Source: Saccostrea echinata
Taxonomy: Eukaryota
Assembly (NCBI RefSeq): GCF_033153115.1
Contig: NW_026889753.1
Coordinates: 124,001-188,000, forward strand
Reading direction: 5' to 3'
Length of the DNA stretch: 64,000 nt
Part shown: piece by piece, positions 39,766 to 52,922 of the stretch
Layout: each line of letters begins with the position of its first letter
How positions within the stretch are numbered: the first letter of the stretch is position 1
The notes under the pieces: generated by a model
Database searches by the model: none
Told to the model about the DNA's origin: nothing
Seen by the model: only the letters and a program-made list of their open reading frames with translations
Made by a program: the position numbers and the translations under genes

Positions 39766-40469
39766 TTAAATATTCAGATAGATTTTCCCAAAACTTGGCA
39801 TGTATACTGAAGTCAATGTACGTTACATAAATTATAAAATTATAGATTTTTCTATTGTAGTTTTCATACATAAACCTCTTTGTGCAAAAAAGGTGGATTC
39901 TAATGCAACAGTTTTGTAAAATGCACTGATGTATGAGGTAGCTAAACGCGAAAGCGTTTGATTGTGATGTCATAATTGAATGACGCAAAAACACAGCTTT
40001 TCATGACGTATTTCATATAACAAAACTTAACAAAATATGACTAAAATATTGATTGCATTAGAATGAGAAAAAACTATCTTCTTTCTTATTTAACGGTCGC
40101 AAACTGAGTTTTGTTTACCGGCGACTCAAAAGCGGAGCCGGTAAAACGGATATTTGCGACAGTTTAATCAGCATTAATGGTCGCAAATAACAAGTGATAA
40201 GATAGTTATTCCCTAAAATACATGTCGTTTACCTTGCTTTTATTTTGTTATCCGCTTTGTTGAAGGTCACTGCTTCACTGTACCTGCAGTATTATAAAAG
40301 AACGATCGATTTTCTTCATTTTAAATTGTGCACTTATCAGGTAATGCAGGTAGGCGCTATGAAATTTTTTTCAAAAAAATAATTAACCTAAAACTGTCAT
40401 ACTACATATAGCAATACCAATTTTTTGCTGTACATAAATTAATTAAACTAGACAAGAATTAAATACTTA

Positions 40470-43030
40470 TTAAGTGTTCTGCCTCCATAGGTTCTTTTAA
40501 AAAATGCAGGTATAAATTTTGAAATGTCCGTCCATCATGCAACAGGGAGTGGATATTGAATTCCTTTTTCCACAGATACTGACTTTATTGAGCAAACCTC
40601 CGTTCTCTGTTAAAATCTGAAGAAAGCATTTTTTTATCAGCCGATAATGTTAATTTTTTTGTGGTTTCTTTGCTGAAGAAAAAGAATATGCAGCTTAAAA
40701 TCTCCACTATAACCCAGAGGGTTTAATATTCTTCCTGCTGTCACATTGTGCATGCTGTGACGTTATTTAAATGACAATTTTATTGATTGAGGTGCTTTCA
40801 TGTATCAATATGAACAAGCTTTGTAAAGCAGCAATATTTAAACAAGGATGTTGTTTAGTGTTTATAAAACTTTACTTAACCTGCATATGTCTATTTTATA
40901 ACAGTATTATATCAATATTTATTTCCATCAACATAAAATTAATCGCGCAGGAAAATGTTCTATACAGACGATTACTTATCGATTGGAGCAATCATCCATA
41001 TAATAAACAAACGGTATCAAAACCGTTTGTCAGCAAAATTTTTGGAAATTTAAATACTAAGTATTTATTAATTCGTTAAAGATTAACTGTGCAACTCTAT
41101 GAATTTTGAAAATTGATTAAAAGGCCTCTTAACTTTAAGAGTTTGCATTATATCTAAATTTACTGAAAACCTTGGCTGAGAAACAACAAAGATCATACTT
41201 TATTTTGAAAGAATGGCAACAAGTCAAAATGGCATCTCTTAACCGATCACAACCTTAATGAAGTTTCTGCGTAACAAATCCTAGACAATGCTAAGCCTGC
41301 ACGGATGTAGAAGGGGGTTAGGAGCCCCATCCCTCTTGATTTTCATTTATTAAATTTCTGTGTAAAATTTTGTTTTGTTTTGGTTGTTTTTTTTGTTTCT
41401 AATTTTATTCTTCTTTTTGCTTGTCAAAAAATGTTTGAGTCCGATATTTGTTAAAGTTGGTGTGAACTCCTCCCCTTCTCCAGAAAAATCCTGGATCCGC
41501 ACATGCGATGGATAAAATGCAGGTGCATTTACTTTCTTATCTGCTTTGTTAAGTGTCCCTATTTAAATGTGCACGCGGTATCACAACTGTATGACAAAGC
41601 CTATCATATTTAACCTTCTGCGATGGTAATCAAATAAAGGTAAGTGTTAAGCATTTTTGGTATTACGACGCTAGATTTTGTCCTTTTGACATTACTCATT
41701 CTACTGTTATTGAAAGTCTTTCCTAAAAATACTTTTAGTCCTTAAAAGAAATGTAAGATATATCCCCACCTACTACAAAAGAAAAATGAATTTATTATAA
41801 TTACACTGACTGATTAAGATACAAATTCTCCATTTCCAGTGGTGCGTAAATTTTATGTTTTTAAATCCATATTAAAAAGTCATTGACATTGAATTGAATT
41901 TCTTTTTTAGCCCATGGATAAAACCGTTATCTCGATTGTGTGTGATTGTGTGCTTTAAATGTACGTTGATCTAGTAAGGATATTATTATCCAAAACAATG
42001 CTCTTTTATGGTGAATTACGCGATAATTTAAAGTAGTTGGTTCTGGAATTTACGCCAATTTTTACATTGCCCTTATACGATTGCTTGTTCCTAAAGCAAC
42101 AGTTCCTCTCCCCGATGTAGTGATCATATAATATAAAAAGGTCCCGGACCATCCGATATTTCTCATATGGAGATGTTCCAATATACCGGTAAGGGGGTTA
42201 AAATTTATTCCTTTACTCGACACTGAGTCCCGCAGATCAATGAGGGAACTTTATCTGCCATCGCCTGTCGTAACAAGGGGCCTCGCTTTTTAAGGTCTCA
42301 TCCGAAAGACCCATAACTTCCACTTCAAAGCACTTGGCGAAAGGAGAGTTGCTATTTATTTTGTTTTTAATCGACTTGAATCAGTTGCTACCGGGGTTTC
42401 AACCAGCGACTTTTCGATCACGGAGCGAGTGCTCTACCGATTGAGCCACAGTGACGGTCACCCGATCAAGAAATGAGCGCCCAACTACTAGACTGCTGTG
42501 ACCAATTGAAACCCTTCGAAGAAAAATTATTTTTGAAACGCATATAATTATCAGTTTGGCGTACACGCTGACCTTCAAAAATACATAAATGAAAAAAGAA
42601 AAGATGTCATTATTTTTCTAAATTTTGAAATATGGTTTATTTCCTTTTGTACTGTGTGATTTAAATTTTTTTGATTTTTTTCTGATTGCATTTCCTGACA
42701 TTGATGTTGGGTTTTTTTTTTCAATATCAAACAAAGAATATATTTGTTTGAGCTTGTAATTAAGTAATTAGCAAATAAAGTTATGTATAGAAATTAATGA
42801 GGAGGAGCAATGGAAATTCCTCTCAAATTAGAGATATCCTTCAGGAAGTACAAAATAGTCAGAAAGAAATGTCTCAAAGTTGAATTCTCTGATAGCTTTC
42901 AGGATGAAACATGACTTATTAGATAAAAACAAAGGGATTGGGCTGGAAGAAAGTCCGAATTGTAAGACGTATGAATTATCTTTTTTAAGATTTATATGAT
43001 CTTTGAAATCTTTTCAACAACAGAGGCATG
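40470..43030 (+). promoter_or_regulatory. Paralogous presumed promoter/5'UTR/intron block, copy 2 (upstream of the patatin CDS)
   Basis: Shares with 23490-25230 the segments CCTTAATGAAGTTTC, ATGCAG.TGCATTTA, AATCAAATAAAG|GTAAGT (about 41639), ACGCTAGATTTTGTC, GAATTCTCTG and GGAAGAAAGTCC. Confidence 0.6.
42150..42458 (-). mobile_element. tRNA-derived SINE (Deu/Nin-like core)
   Basis: Minus strand ACCGTCACTGTGGCTCAATCGGTAGAGCACTCGCTCCGTGATCG matches the 20918 head; core CTTTCGGATGAGACCTTAAAAAGCGAGG. Confidence 0.8.
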
Positions 43031-43926
43031 ATTAATCAAACCGGTAGTGAAGTCTTACATGTATAATGTGGACTCAGATGTGTTCAAAACATTGCCCCTT
43101 CTTAATGATGGGGCTACATTAGGGTATGAAATTACTACATAGAGAATTTTTTTTTTTTTAAAAGAAGAGAAGATTTTTCATCTAAATTTTTTTTATCATA
43201 TCGTACTCTAGAAATTACATGTAAGGTTGTTGTCTCTTAAATCAATAGTGAAACTACAAAATAAATAGTTATGTGAATTCAGTGCAAAAGAGGCAAATAA
43301 AACGTAAATATTACAACATTGGTATTTTATTGCTGCATGATCCTAATATTATAAATATTCTATCGATATCTACACTAAAAATATCTTAAACACATTGTTG
43401 ACGTGCATTTTCAGCTTTTTTTTTTTAAAGAGAGTATTTTTTTTTTTTTTTAAAAACTCTACAATTTATTACATAGCTATGGGGATATGGGATAGGCTAA
43501 AAATTACGATTTGAGAGTATAAACGACAATCTTCTTTTGAAAAACAGGTCCACAATTAATTTTAAAACGCTTGTAGATAATTCATGTTTTAATTGCTTAA
43601 GGTTTTAACTTTTGTCGTTGAAATTCTCTAAATAGAGACTAAAGAATACACTAAAGTGAGGCACGAACAAATTAAATTCATTTTAAAGTTTTAGATAATG
43701 AAATCGGAAAGGAAAACACTAACAACATCGATACGCAATATAAATATCATAAAAACAATGCATGTCATAATTGATTTTGAATTATCAAAAACCATATACA
43801 TGTAACTCATATTCTTTAGATTTCAAAATGTCGTTGTAGGGGTCATAGCAAACAAATATATAAACCATTCACAAATAATTTTGCTTTTACAGTCATTTAT
43901 GTCATATTTAATTTACTGATTAAAGG

Positions 43927-46900
43927 ATGGGAACAGAGGTATCCAAAGAGCAAAGTGATCAAGTCCTTGTCGACGCCAAAAGTGAATATATTGATGAAGT
44001 CCTACAACAAGAAGACAATAACAGCGATCATGAGAGCGAGGAACATGTTCACGGTAACAGAAAGGGAAAACATTTATGTTACACAGTAGCGAGTTACAAC
44101 CAAAAACCAATTTATAAAATCAATGTTTGAAGAGGTGCAGTTAATATTCTTTCATTTATGAATTTGTTTCTTTTTTTTTTTTAGAATTAAGTGAATTGGA
44201 CAAGCTTGCGCAAACCATAGACCCGAAAAATTATCTCGATGAGTATCCTTTCGAAAATCTCATTTTTGAGGGAGGTGGAGCAAAGGGGATAGCATATCCT
44301 GGAGCATTGAGGGTGAGATATTTGAGATAATTGTTGATTTGTATTTTGTATGATATGAGTACTTTTACGATAATTTTGAACATGTTTTATCATTAAATAT
44401 TAGGAGAGTGCAATATGGTAGCAAAACCTAAGTTAATTATTAACCTGCATAAATTAGCTGTCCTGACTAATCCTTATTTTCTTTGATAAAAAATCGATTT
44501 CCTAAATTTAAGGAGATTCATTGCCAATTATTCTAGATTTCTTGCGATATGTCTCACGCAGTGTCGTTTTTATGTAGGTAAATAATACGTAATGATATGC
44601 GATTTCTTTCCATCAATAGAAGCGATAAAAGCCATATGAATAATATAAAAAAAATTATGTACAGTCTCAAAATTTAAAAAAAAAATTAAGAGAACTACCA
44701 CTTAACAAAATGAATAATATTTCACTTATCAAGATGTTTATGTTTTATACTTTCTCAGGTGCTAAAAAAATCAAATTTATTTTATGCATTTATATATATT
44801 ATTGATGTTTTAAATCAATGTAAGATTAATATTGCTAGGAAACTTATTCCTGAATTCGTATTCAGCATTCTGTTATTGCATGATAAAATACTAATATTTT
44901 ATTAATAGTAATGTACAATAAAATCAATTAATGAGTCAAGTGTTATAAATTGTTAGGTTTTTTACCAAAATCACTTCGATGTATTTATATTTTATTCTTA
45001 TATTTACTCAGGCATTAGAGGAAGTTGGTATTATGACAAGGATAAAACGATTTGCTGGTACAAGTGTTGGCTCCATAACAGCAACAATGGCTGCGCTTGG
45101 TTACAAAAGCACTGAAATTAGAGAAGTCATGTCGACAGATTTTTCAAAGTATTATGGTACTGTTCTAAATTATTGTTTTGAAAATTGATTGATTGATTTT
45201 GTTTAACGCCGAGTCAGCAATATTTCAGCCATATTTCGGCGGTGTTTTGATAATTGAAAAAAGGGTACTTGCAATGTTTTTGAATTACCTGCTTACTGTA
45301 GAATTTCCAACTCAAATTGACTGATACAAACTTTTGATTCTTATTTTGCAAACTTATCCAAAACAAATTGTTATGACGTTTCATGTCAAAAAGTGTCTCT
45401 GCGTGTTTGAGAGTCCTGTATTTTTATGTTGAAAGATGCTAGGTTTGGAAAATTCAGTATCATTCCAAATCTCCTCTGGTATTTGGGATGGCAACCACTT
45501 CATACCCTGTATGATTACATCGGAGAAATAGTTGAAAAGAAACTTGGTGATAAGGACGCTACGTTTGAACAAGTAATTCTTTCGTTATTTTGGTACATTT
45601 CAATTCAGGAATTTTTGCAAAATTTATGCTTCAAAAAATTTTTTTTTTTCCACAACACAATGTATATGTGAAATAAAGAATGGCAACATAAATGCGTTAG
45701 TTTTTCAGTTATCAATATAATAAAATTTAATTGGTTTGTATTGACTATTCATTTTTCTTCTACATTGATTTCTTCAGCTTTACAAGGAGTTGGGGAAGGA
45801 GTTGTGCATTGTTGCAACAAATCTCAATGATATGGAAGAGACTTATTTTCATCCTAAAACTACACCCAAAATGCCACTCAGGAAGGCGGTTCGTATGTCT
45901 ATAAGCCTCCCAGGTTAGTTTCTGCAGCCGTTATGTTACATTGAAATATGTTCAATTTTATGTACTTTGTTGTACAGATAATTTTCATATTTGGCAGGTA
46001 TAATGCAGCCTATCAAACATACTGATTTTGGAGTGGAGAGCATGTATGTGGATGGTGGTGTACTTATCAACTACCCAATAGAGTGTTACGATGGTGAGTT
46101 GAAACATGCTACCAACATTTCTGTAAGTAGAATTATTAGGTCATGATCAACACCAAGCTAGTTACTATTTCAGTTTAGAAACAATCGGTCAAAATAAATG
46201 ATATAAATACTGATAGAGACAGTGAATATTCTTTTACAAATTTCAAATAGCCGAATATGATTGATTTTCTATTATTTGTCTTTAGTAGGTACTTTTCAAA
46301 ATCAAAAAAATCTCATACCTCAAAAAAAGATGCGTTTCATCTATCTATACAGTTCTATAAAGGCATTTTTATTTAAATTATTTTTTATCTCTTCAAAAGA
46401 TTCTTAAATGTAGAACTTTTGCTTTATTTTGTAAATCATTTATCTTTCTAAAGTGTAACTCGGGACACCCTCTTCATTAAAAATCCACTGATTACATTTA
46501 TTGGCTTTCATCACCATATGATCGAGTATATCTTTTTTTTTTATCTCTTTTCTTTAAGAGCCATCAATTTTCCCTCATTTCAGGGTGGTGGCTTTCAATG
46601 AAAAAGGAGGATTCGTTTTTCGAAAGATTACAACCTTTAGAGAAACTCCCCTTTATAATGGATAGAAAAAACAGATTTGCTCGTGATGAGGCTCAGTCGT
46701 CCAAATCGCTGGGATTCATACTGGTAAAAAATAGAAATTATTGTAATTTGAAGTAACAACTTTTCAATATAAACTGACGGGAGCCTTTTGTTTTCTTTTT
46801 ATTTCATCAAATGTTTTTGTTTCAGTATTCTGAGGATGAGATTGAGTCTTTTAAGTCAACGTTTGAGTCCAGAAGGAAAACAAAACTACAGTTCCCAGAC

Positions 46901-49900
46901 ACACCAATGGGAAGGTAAATTATCCTTTGTACACCTTTGTAGGTGTTCAATTTGAAAACTTTGTTACCCGAATTCTCTACTATCCAATGTAGAGCAATAA
47001 GTTTTATCATTACACATACACTATTTGACATTTTAGAAGAGAAAATCGAGGAACATATTTCTGTATTTGACGACAGTTGAATTTGGACCCTCTATCATGT
47101 TAATTTTTCATGTTTAGATCTAAGATTCATTGGAATATAAATAGCTATCATCCATATGCAAATTAAAGCAATTGAAATTAAATAAAGGCAAATTGCGTGC
47201 TGTATTAAAATACGTGTATGTATGTCAGTAGCTATCCTACTTTTAGCATTGTTTTTATCTTTCATTTTTTATCAAAGGTTTTATTATACATTTCTACAAC
47301 GTAAAAGAGCCAAGAACAGGATTTTTGCGTTAGACCTCATGTGTTTTGCCTTCAAATGCTAAATTTTATTAGAAATCTTAATAAATTTTCATTTGCAACT
47401 GGCATTTCCATTTCATTTTTTCATTTTTTATAAAACAAATTATTTCAGTAGTCATCATGTTCCACAGAATATAGATCCAATAGCATGTGCATTGTATTTC
47501 TATTAAGCAACTTAAAACAAAAATAACAATTTTAAAACAATATCCCAATGCAATTGATTTGTTTGTTTAACGTCTATGATAAGAATTTTTTACTCATATT
47601 GAGACGCCACTACCTGCCAGTGGAGGACTACAAATCTAGACCTGTATTCGACACTTACGGCCTTTGAGCAGTGGGGGATCTTTTTCGTGCCAGCACCTAT
47701 TGCAACACTGAACCGCGATTTATAAGGTCTCATCCGAAGGAATGGTCTCCATATCTCGCTGTAGGATTTGAACCTGCAACGTAAGGATCAAATCCTTACT
47801 CCACGACTCTTGAGCGAAAGCTCTTACCACTGCGCCACGCAGGCGACCCAATCCAACTGATTGCATTAGCATCGAAAATTTAAGATTATCAAAATTAACG
47901 AAAACATCTAGTAATTTTCGTTTTTGTTTTTATTTAAATGAAATATGAAGATAACAAACAGTTATCAATCTCAGAAGTCCAATGAAACATTGCAAATTAG
48001 GACCTCTAAAAATATCAGCGATGGGATCAGGTACCATGGAGGAATAAGCATTCCCTGTCGACCGATCATAGCCGCCATGTACTCCTTGTCATGATCGGAA
48101 AAACGGAAAAATCCTAGACAATTCAGTGTGTAAATTAAATAATGACCTACAAATTTGTATGAAAAAATATTTTTAGATGATATTTTATTGTAAATTTAAT
48201 TTATGAAAGCTTGAGACACATTGTTTAAATGCAGATATATATGACTTTAAATTGCCATTCTTTCAGTGTTGTGGGTAGTATTAATAATTTATTTACAAGT
48301 CAGAATTTTGTATTTGCAATATTTGATTGTTTCCCCAATGTTTATTTCGAATGGGCTAAATAATTTATAATGTACAGAAATATGGTATTGCATTTAAATT
48401 ATCATTATCATGTATTTTTCATCTATTACCACACTTTTTAAGATGTTCCTTTCATTAAAACATTTTTGAAATTAAAGAAAGGCAACACAGAAAACGAAAG
48501 ACGAAAAGAAGTTGAATAAAGAACACCAATGTGTGAGAACTTCAGTTAGCAATTTTTTAAAGGTATATGTATTCAATATTAGAAGTGTGTTCAAATCTTT
48601 GAAAAGTATAATTTGAGTTAGATTCAAAGGGTTAATTCTAGTAACTATGTTTCCACACTTCTAGTTAAAGAATAAAAATTGTTAGTAGGAAAAAATCATG
48701 AATAAATGTTTCTTTGTGTTTTTATATATGTTTAGACCATATAATTTTTTGCAACACACAGAAGTACGTTTTTAATTTCTATTTGGGGGGGGGGGGGGGG
48801 GTTACCGAAAATATTCGAGCATTTAATAACTTTCTGTGTATATATTCGTTTCTTCACAGATACTGCAAAAGAATAACCTGGACAAAGATGAATTCATCAA
48901 CAGAGAGGAACTAGAGAACACCATAAAAAGTGTTCGTACAGCATTTGTATTACTTAAAAGATATTTAGAATAGCCTCTTTCTATCTATCTGAAATAACAT
49001 CATTTGTAATTCTAACATGTTTCCTTTCAGGAGGAGCTTACTGACTGTGACAAGAAACGTCTGTTTGGGAAGAATGTATCTGTTGACGAAGTGATGGCGA
49101 AACTAGACAAGGATGGAAATGGAAAGGTTCTACTTTCCTTAATAATTAAAGCCTAATTATTTACTTTTTCAGAAGAAGCTTGTCGTAAATCTTATAATCA
49201 ACATCAATTCTTGAAATCTTAGAGATTTTTATTTCTTTTTGGGGGTACTAGATCAGTTATGAAGAGTTAGTTTCATTCATTGAAGAAACAGGGATCTCAG
49301 TGGTTCACAGAAGATTAGGGTTTTGTAGACAACAAGTGAATACACTACTTTCTTTACTACAAACCCTCTACAATACGATGTCACTGAATATTGTGCGGAT
49401 ATCAGTCAGCGTAAGTTGTAGTTAAATATGGATTAAACTAAATGGATTAAATATTGATTAACAGAGGTATAGTTCTTGATATAATTTCCCCTTAAATAAG
49501 TTTGAGTTTAATTTTCTTCTTCTTTATTAAAAACGTAAACACTGTCTTATTATTATTATTATTTTTTATTTTTTTTTTTTTTTTTTTTGCAAAATATTTT
49601 TTTTTCTTTTGTTGGTATACATGTACGTAAGGGATTCTAGCTTACCTGTAAAAATGACAAAAATTGTTTTATTATAGGCTGCTGATATGTCACGTACAGT
49701 TGGCTTGAACTCGCATTATATAGGAACCCTTACATTTGATTATACCAAAGAGGATGCAGATTTCGTTGAACAGGTAATAAAACCTACGAATATAGTTCAG
49801 TGCTTTATCAGAATACACTGAGAAACCATTTCTGATGTACGGTTTTATTGATAATCAAAGGGTTAGTCATGGCTACAAGGTGTTTTGTTACATACATGCA

Positions 49901-50124
49901 TTAATTTGAGAGGGAGAGAGGGAGGGGGGCATGTGACCTTTGTCCGATATCGGTCTTTTGTTCGAAAATGAATAGATTCATCTTAGGAGCTAAAGAGATG
50001 TATTTATTTTCAGGAGAGTCATAATACCACTATGGCATTCTTGAAGAATTTCGTGGCAAAACTAAAGATTGAAAGAAAGGCCAAAGCTCCTGTCATAAGC
50101 ACGAAGAATGCGGTGGATGACTGA
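43927..50124 (+). CDS. Patatin-like phospholipase (ExoU/VipD-like motifs) with two EF-hands and a predicted N-myristoylation site; 14 exons, 538 aa
   Basis: GT-AG exons 43927-44053, 44185-44312, 45012-45156, 45436-45572, 45778-45913, 45998-46093, 46584-46723, 46826-46914, 48478-48562, 48860-48931, 49031-49126, 49252-49410, 49678-49773 and 50014-50124 total 1617 nt in one open frame. Motifs: MGTEVSK; FENLIFEGGGAKGIAYPGAL (oxyanion loop); FAGTSVGS (catalytic Ser); AVRMSISLPG; YVDGGVLINYP (catalytic Asp); EF loops NLDKDEFINREE and DKDGNGKISYEE. Confidence 0.92.
47552..47848 (-). mobile_element. tRNA-derived SINE (related subfamily) in patatin intron 8
   Basis: Minus-strand head GTGGCGCAGTGGTAAGAGC...GGTTCAAATCC, core CTTCGGATGAGACCTTATAAATCGCGG, tail AAACAAACAAATCAA. 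Confidence 0.75.
47940..48170 (-). mobile_element. Penelope-like element 3'-terminal fragment
   Basis: Similar to the terminal part of the PLE at 8900-9030 (GGGATCAGGT.CC, AATTTGTATGAAA). Confidence 0.55.
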
Positions 50125-51184
50125 AAAAAAATTGTAAACGCTTTAGAAAAGACTTTTAGTAAATATGGTGATGGTTTGTTTTAAATGCCAATCCTGTATA
50201 ATGTAGATTATGAAACTAATAAAGTGTAACACACAAGTGAAACTTGTTTTTTTATAATCTACGCAGTATATCACACAGGGGCCGGGTAGCTTACTATTTT
50301 TGATCTCCAAAAAGGCCAAATGGGGGTAAAAACATTTTTTCAAGAAAAACCTGGTTCCCAGAAGTCCCAGTATATATTTTCCCAATTGCCCATTCATATT
50401 TTGGAATATGATTGGTCGTGTACTGTAAATGTTCAGTTAGGCTTCGGAATTCTGCTTTTCACCCTTGAGTGGAGGGGGGGGGGGGGCAAACGCAATATTT
50501 ATCTACAAAAATTTAGTCTAGTTCCCTGAAATTCTCTTACATTTTCTCAGTAGACCATTCATACTTTTAATATGATTTCTGATGTCATGTAGATGTGCTA
50601 TAAGGTTTCCGGATTATCATTTTCACCTTGTGGGCTAAGATGGGTCGTAAAACGATGAGTTTTTTTTTCAATTAAACCTAAGTTCCCTGAACTACTTTTA
50701 CATTTTTCAGAGTAGCCAAATTATATTTTTGAATATAATTCATATTATTCTCTAGAAGTGCAATGTTGTTTTCAACCGGGGGAGGAATGTTAAAAAATGA
50801 CGATTTTCTACAAAACCTGATTCCCTTAACTCCTCTTATGTCTTATGCAGTATCCAATTAATCTTTTGGAATATATATAGTGGTATCCTGTAGGTAAGCA
50901 ATAATGTTTCAAAACTTTCATTTTCACTAGTGGGTCTAATTATGGGTAGCAATAAAACAGTTTTCTACATATGCAGTACATCCTGATATCAAGAAAATAT
51001 ACGTGATAAGTTTAATTTGTGAAAAAAGTAAAAAGAAAAAGTCTTCGGTTGTATATCTGGGGAGAGAGGATGTTTGCTCTTATAATGTAATGTGGGATAA
51101 TTTGGTATTTTTTGTAATGGAATGTTTATTTTGGGCTTTCTCATATTTTTCATATGGCAAAGCATAATTAAGATGTGTTGAGTA

Positions 51185-51343
51185 NNNNNNNNNNNNNNNN
51201 NNNNNNNNNNNNNNNNNNNNNNNNNNNNNNNNNNNNNNNNNNNNNNNNNNNNNNNNNNNNNNNNNNNNNNNNNNNNNNNNNNNNNNNNNNNNNNNNNNNN
51301 NNNNNNNNNNNNNNNNNNNNNNNNNNNNNNNNNNNNNNNNNNN
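51185..51343. other. Assembly gap (159 N)
   Basis: Run of N. Confidence 0.99.
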
Positions 51344-51409
51344 ATGATGTCACACAGTAAAAATAATCATAAAAGAAAAAGAAAAAGCACAGTTTCCAAA
51401 TTTCATTTA

Positions 51410-51450
51410 ACATAAGCGCTTTCTGGATTTAACAATCCTTCTTCAGGTGT
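51410..51450 (-). ncRNA. Degenerate minimal type-I hammerhead ribozyme motif (PLE-associated type)
   Basis: Minus strand ACAC-CTGAAGA-A-GGATT-GTTA-AATCC-A-GAAA-GCGC-TT-ATGT has the core boxes, a 5-bp stem II, palindromic AAGCGCTT at stem III and a partial stem I. Confidence 0.55.
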
Positions 51451-51699
51451 ACATACTTTGAACTGATTTGTTTTGCTTGGTAACGTTAACTATGACGTCA
51501 TGACGTCATGAGTGTCTTTGAAGGGAAGGAATAAATCCATGATTTCATAGTATAACGTAAAAGTTCGGGAAAATTGAATTGGACAATAAATCATGATTTT
51601 CTCAGTCTCAATAAACAAAGTACTTAAGAAATTAATTATACAAGAAAGACATGAACTTATCAAAAAATTAATGTTTGTTCAGTTTTGGTGACTTTAAAA

Positions 51700-51739
<40 letters not shown>

Positions 51740-52020
51740 GATTGTCACTGTATTTGTGAACATTTTTTAGCATGATTAAATTAAGTTTACTTCGTAATGC
51801 ATATAAAAAGGTTCCTCCCATATTTACAAACTACAAGCATTAAGTAGAAAAACAAATCTGATGCATATGATCAAGAACCAATAGCATAAAACGGAGGGGC
51901 TTATAGTTTCCGTCCGGTTTTAGCGCTATGACTTCGCGCTTCAACGAATTTCCGCAAAACGGGAACATATTTTCCACGTATCGGTATGAATTGCGCAACT
52001 GAAAATTGCTTAAATATCAG

Positions 52021-52890
52021 GGGCTCGTTTCTCAAGAAGTCGTAGATTTGGGCCTAAGTTAGTCCGACTAAGTAAGTTACGCCAAAATTTAGACGGGCCT
52101 AAATCGCGTTTCAGAAAGCGGCGTAAGACTAGACCTAAGACTAAGACCTCTCCGCTTAGTACTAAGCATGCACAGATCGCATTTTATTTGGTTTAGAGAC
52201 TACAATTACATGTGGCGGATCAATTAATATCAAACTTAAACCTAAATACAGAAGTAAAGCACGGAAAGCATGAGCGCGCGTGCATGTTTTCTCTCTTCAC
52301 CATCTTTCAAACAGATATATTACCCAAAACCTATCTGTATTATCAAGGTCAAAGCATTAAAATTAAACAAGTATTTTTGTATGCTCAGATTAATTTTAAA
52401 AAAATCTATATAGGCACAAATTACATATGAAAAACATAAACGTGCATGTACTCGATTGTGATATTCACAATTGTGTTTTATACAATCGTACATTAGAACC
52501 CAAACGATGTACATAGCATACATGTATATGTACTTGCGAAAAATTGGAATACATTAAGCATGAGGAACTTTACTGAAGAATTTTCCTTTGAAAATAAGCC
52601 ATATTGTCTTTTCACCTTGTTTTACATCAAAGTAAATACACATAAGGTAGTGGAAAAGACCTGGAACAGGTTCGTAGCAACTTTTCAAAAGTGGGGGAAC
52701 CCCCCCCCCCAAAAAAAAAATCTGACAAACAAAAAAAAACCTCTTAACTACCAAAAAGTGGGGGGGGGGGCTTTCCAAATTAATGTGACCAAAAAGCTTC
52801 ATTAACTGTCCAAGTCAAAAACCTAGTTAACTGTTCAAGTCATGGAATTAATTATGGAATTTGCCAGTTCTCGACCTTACAGCGACAAAA

Positions 52891-52922
<32 letters not shown>

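Noticed and set aside
43927-50124. Bacterial contamination or recent horizontal transfer of an ExoU-like toxin
   Set aside because: 13 canonical spliceosomal introns with host SINE and PLE insertions; any transfer would be ancient and cannot be judged without a phylogeny.
51168-51413. ORFs spanning X residues
   Set aside because: Artefact of the N gap.
51493-51508. Tandem TGACGTCA (double CRE) as a host enhancer
   Set aside because: Lies next to the hammerhead-like motif in a probable PLE terminal remnant and is absent from the paralogous promoter blocks.
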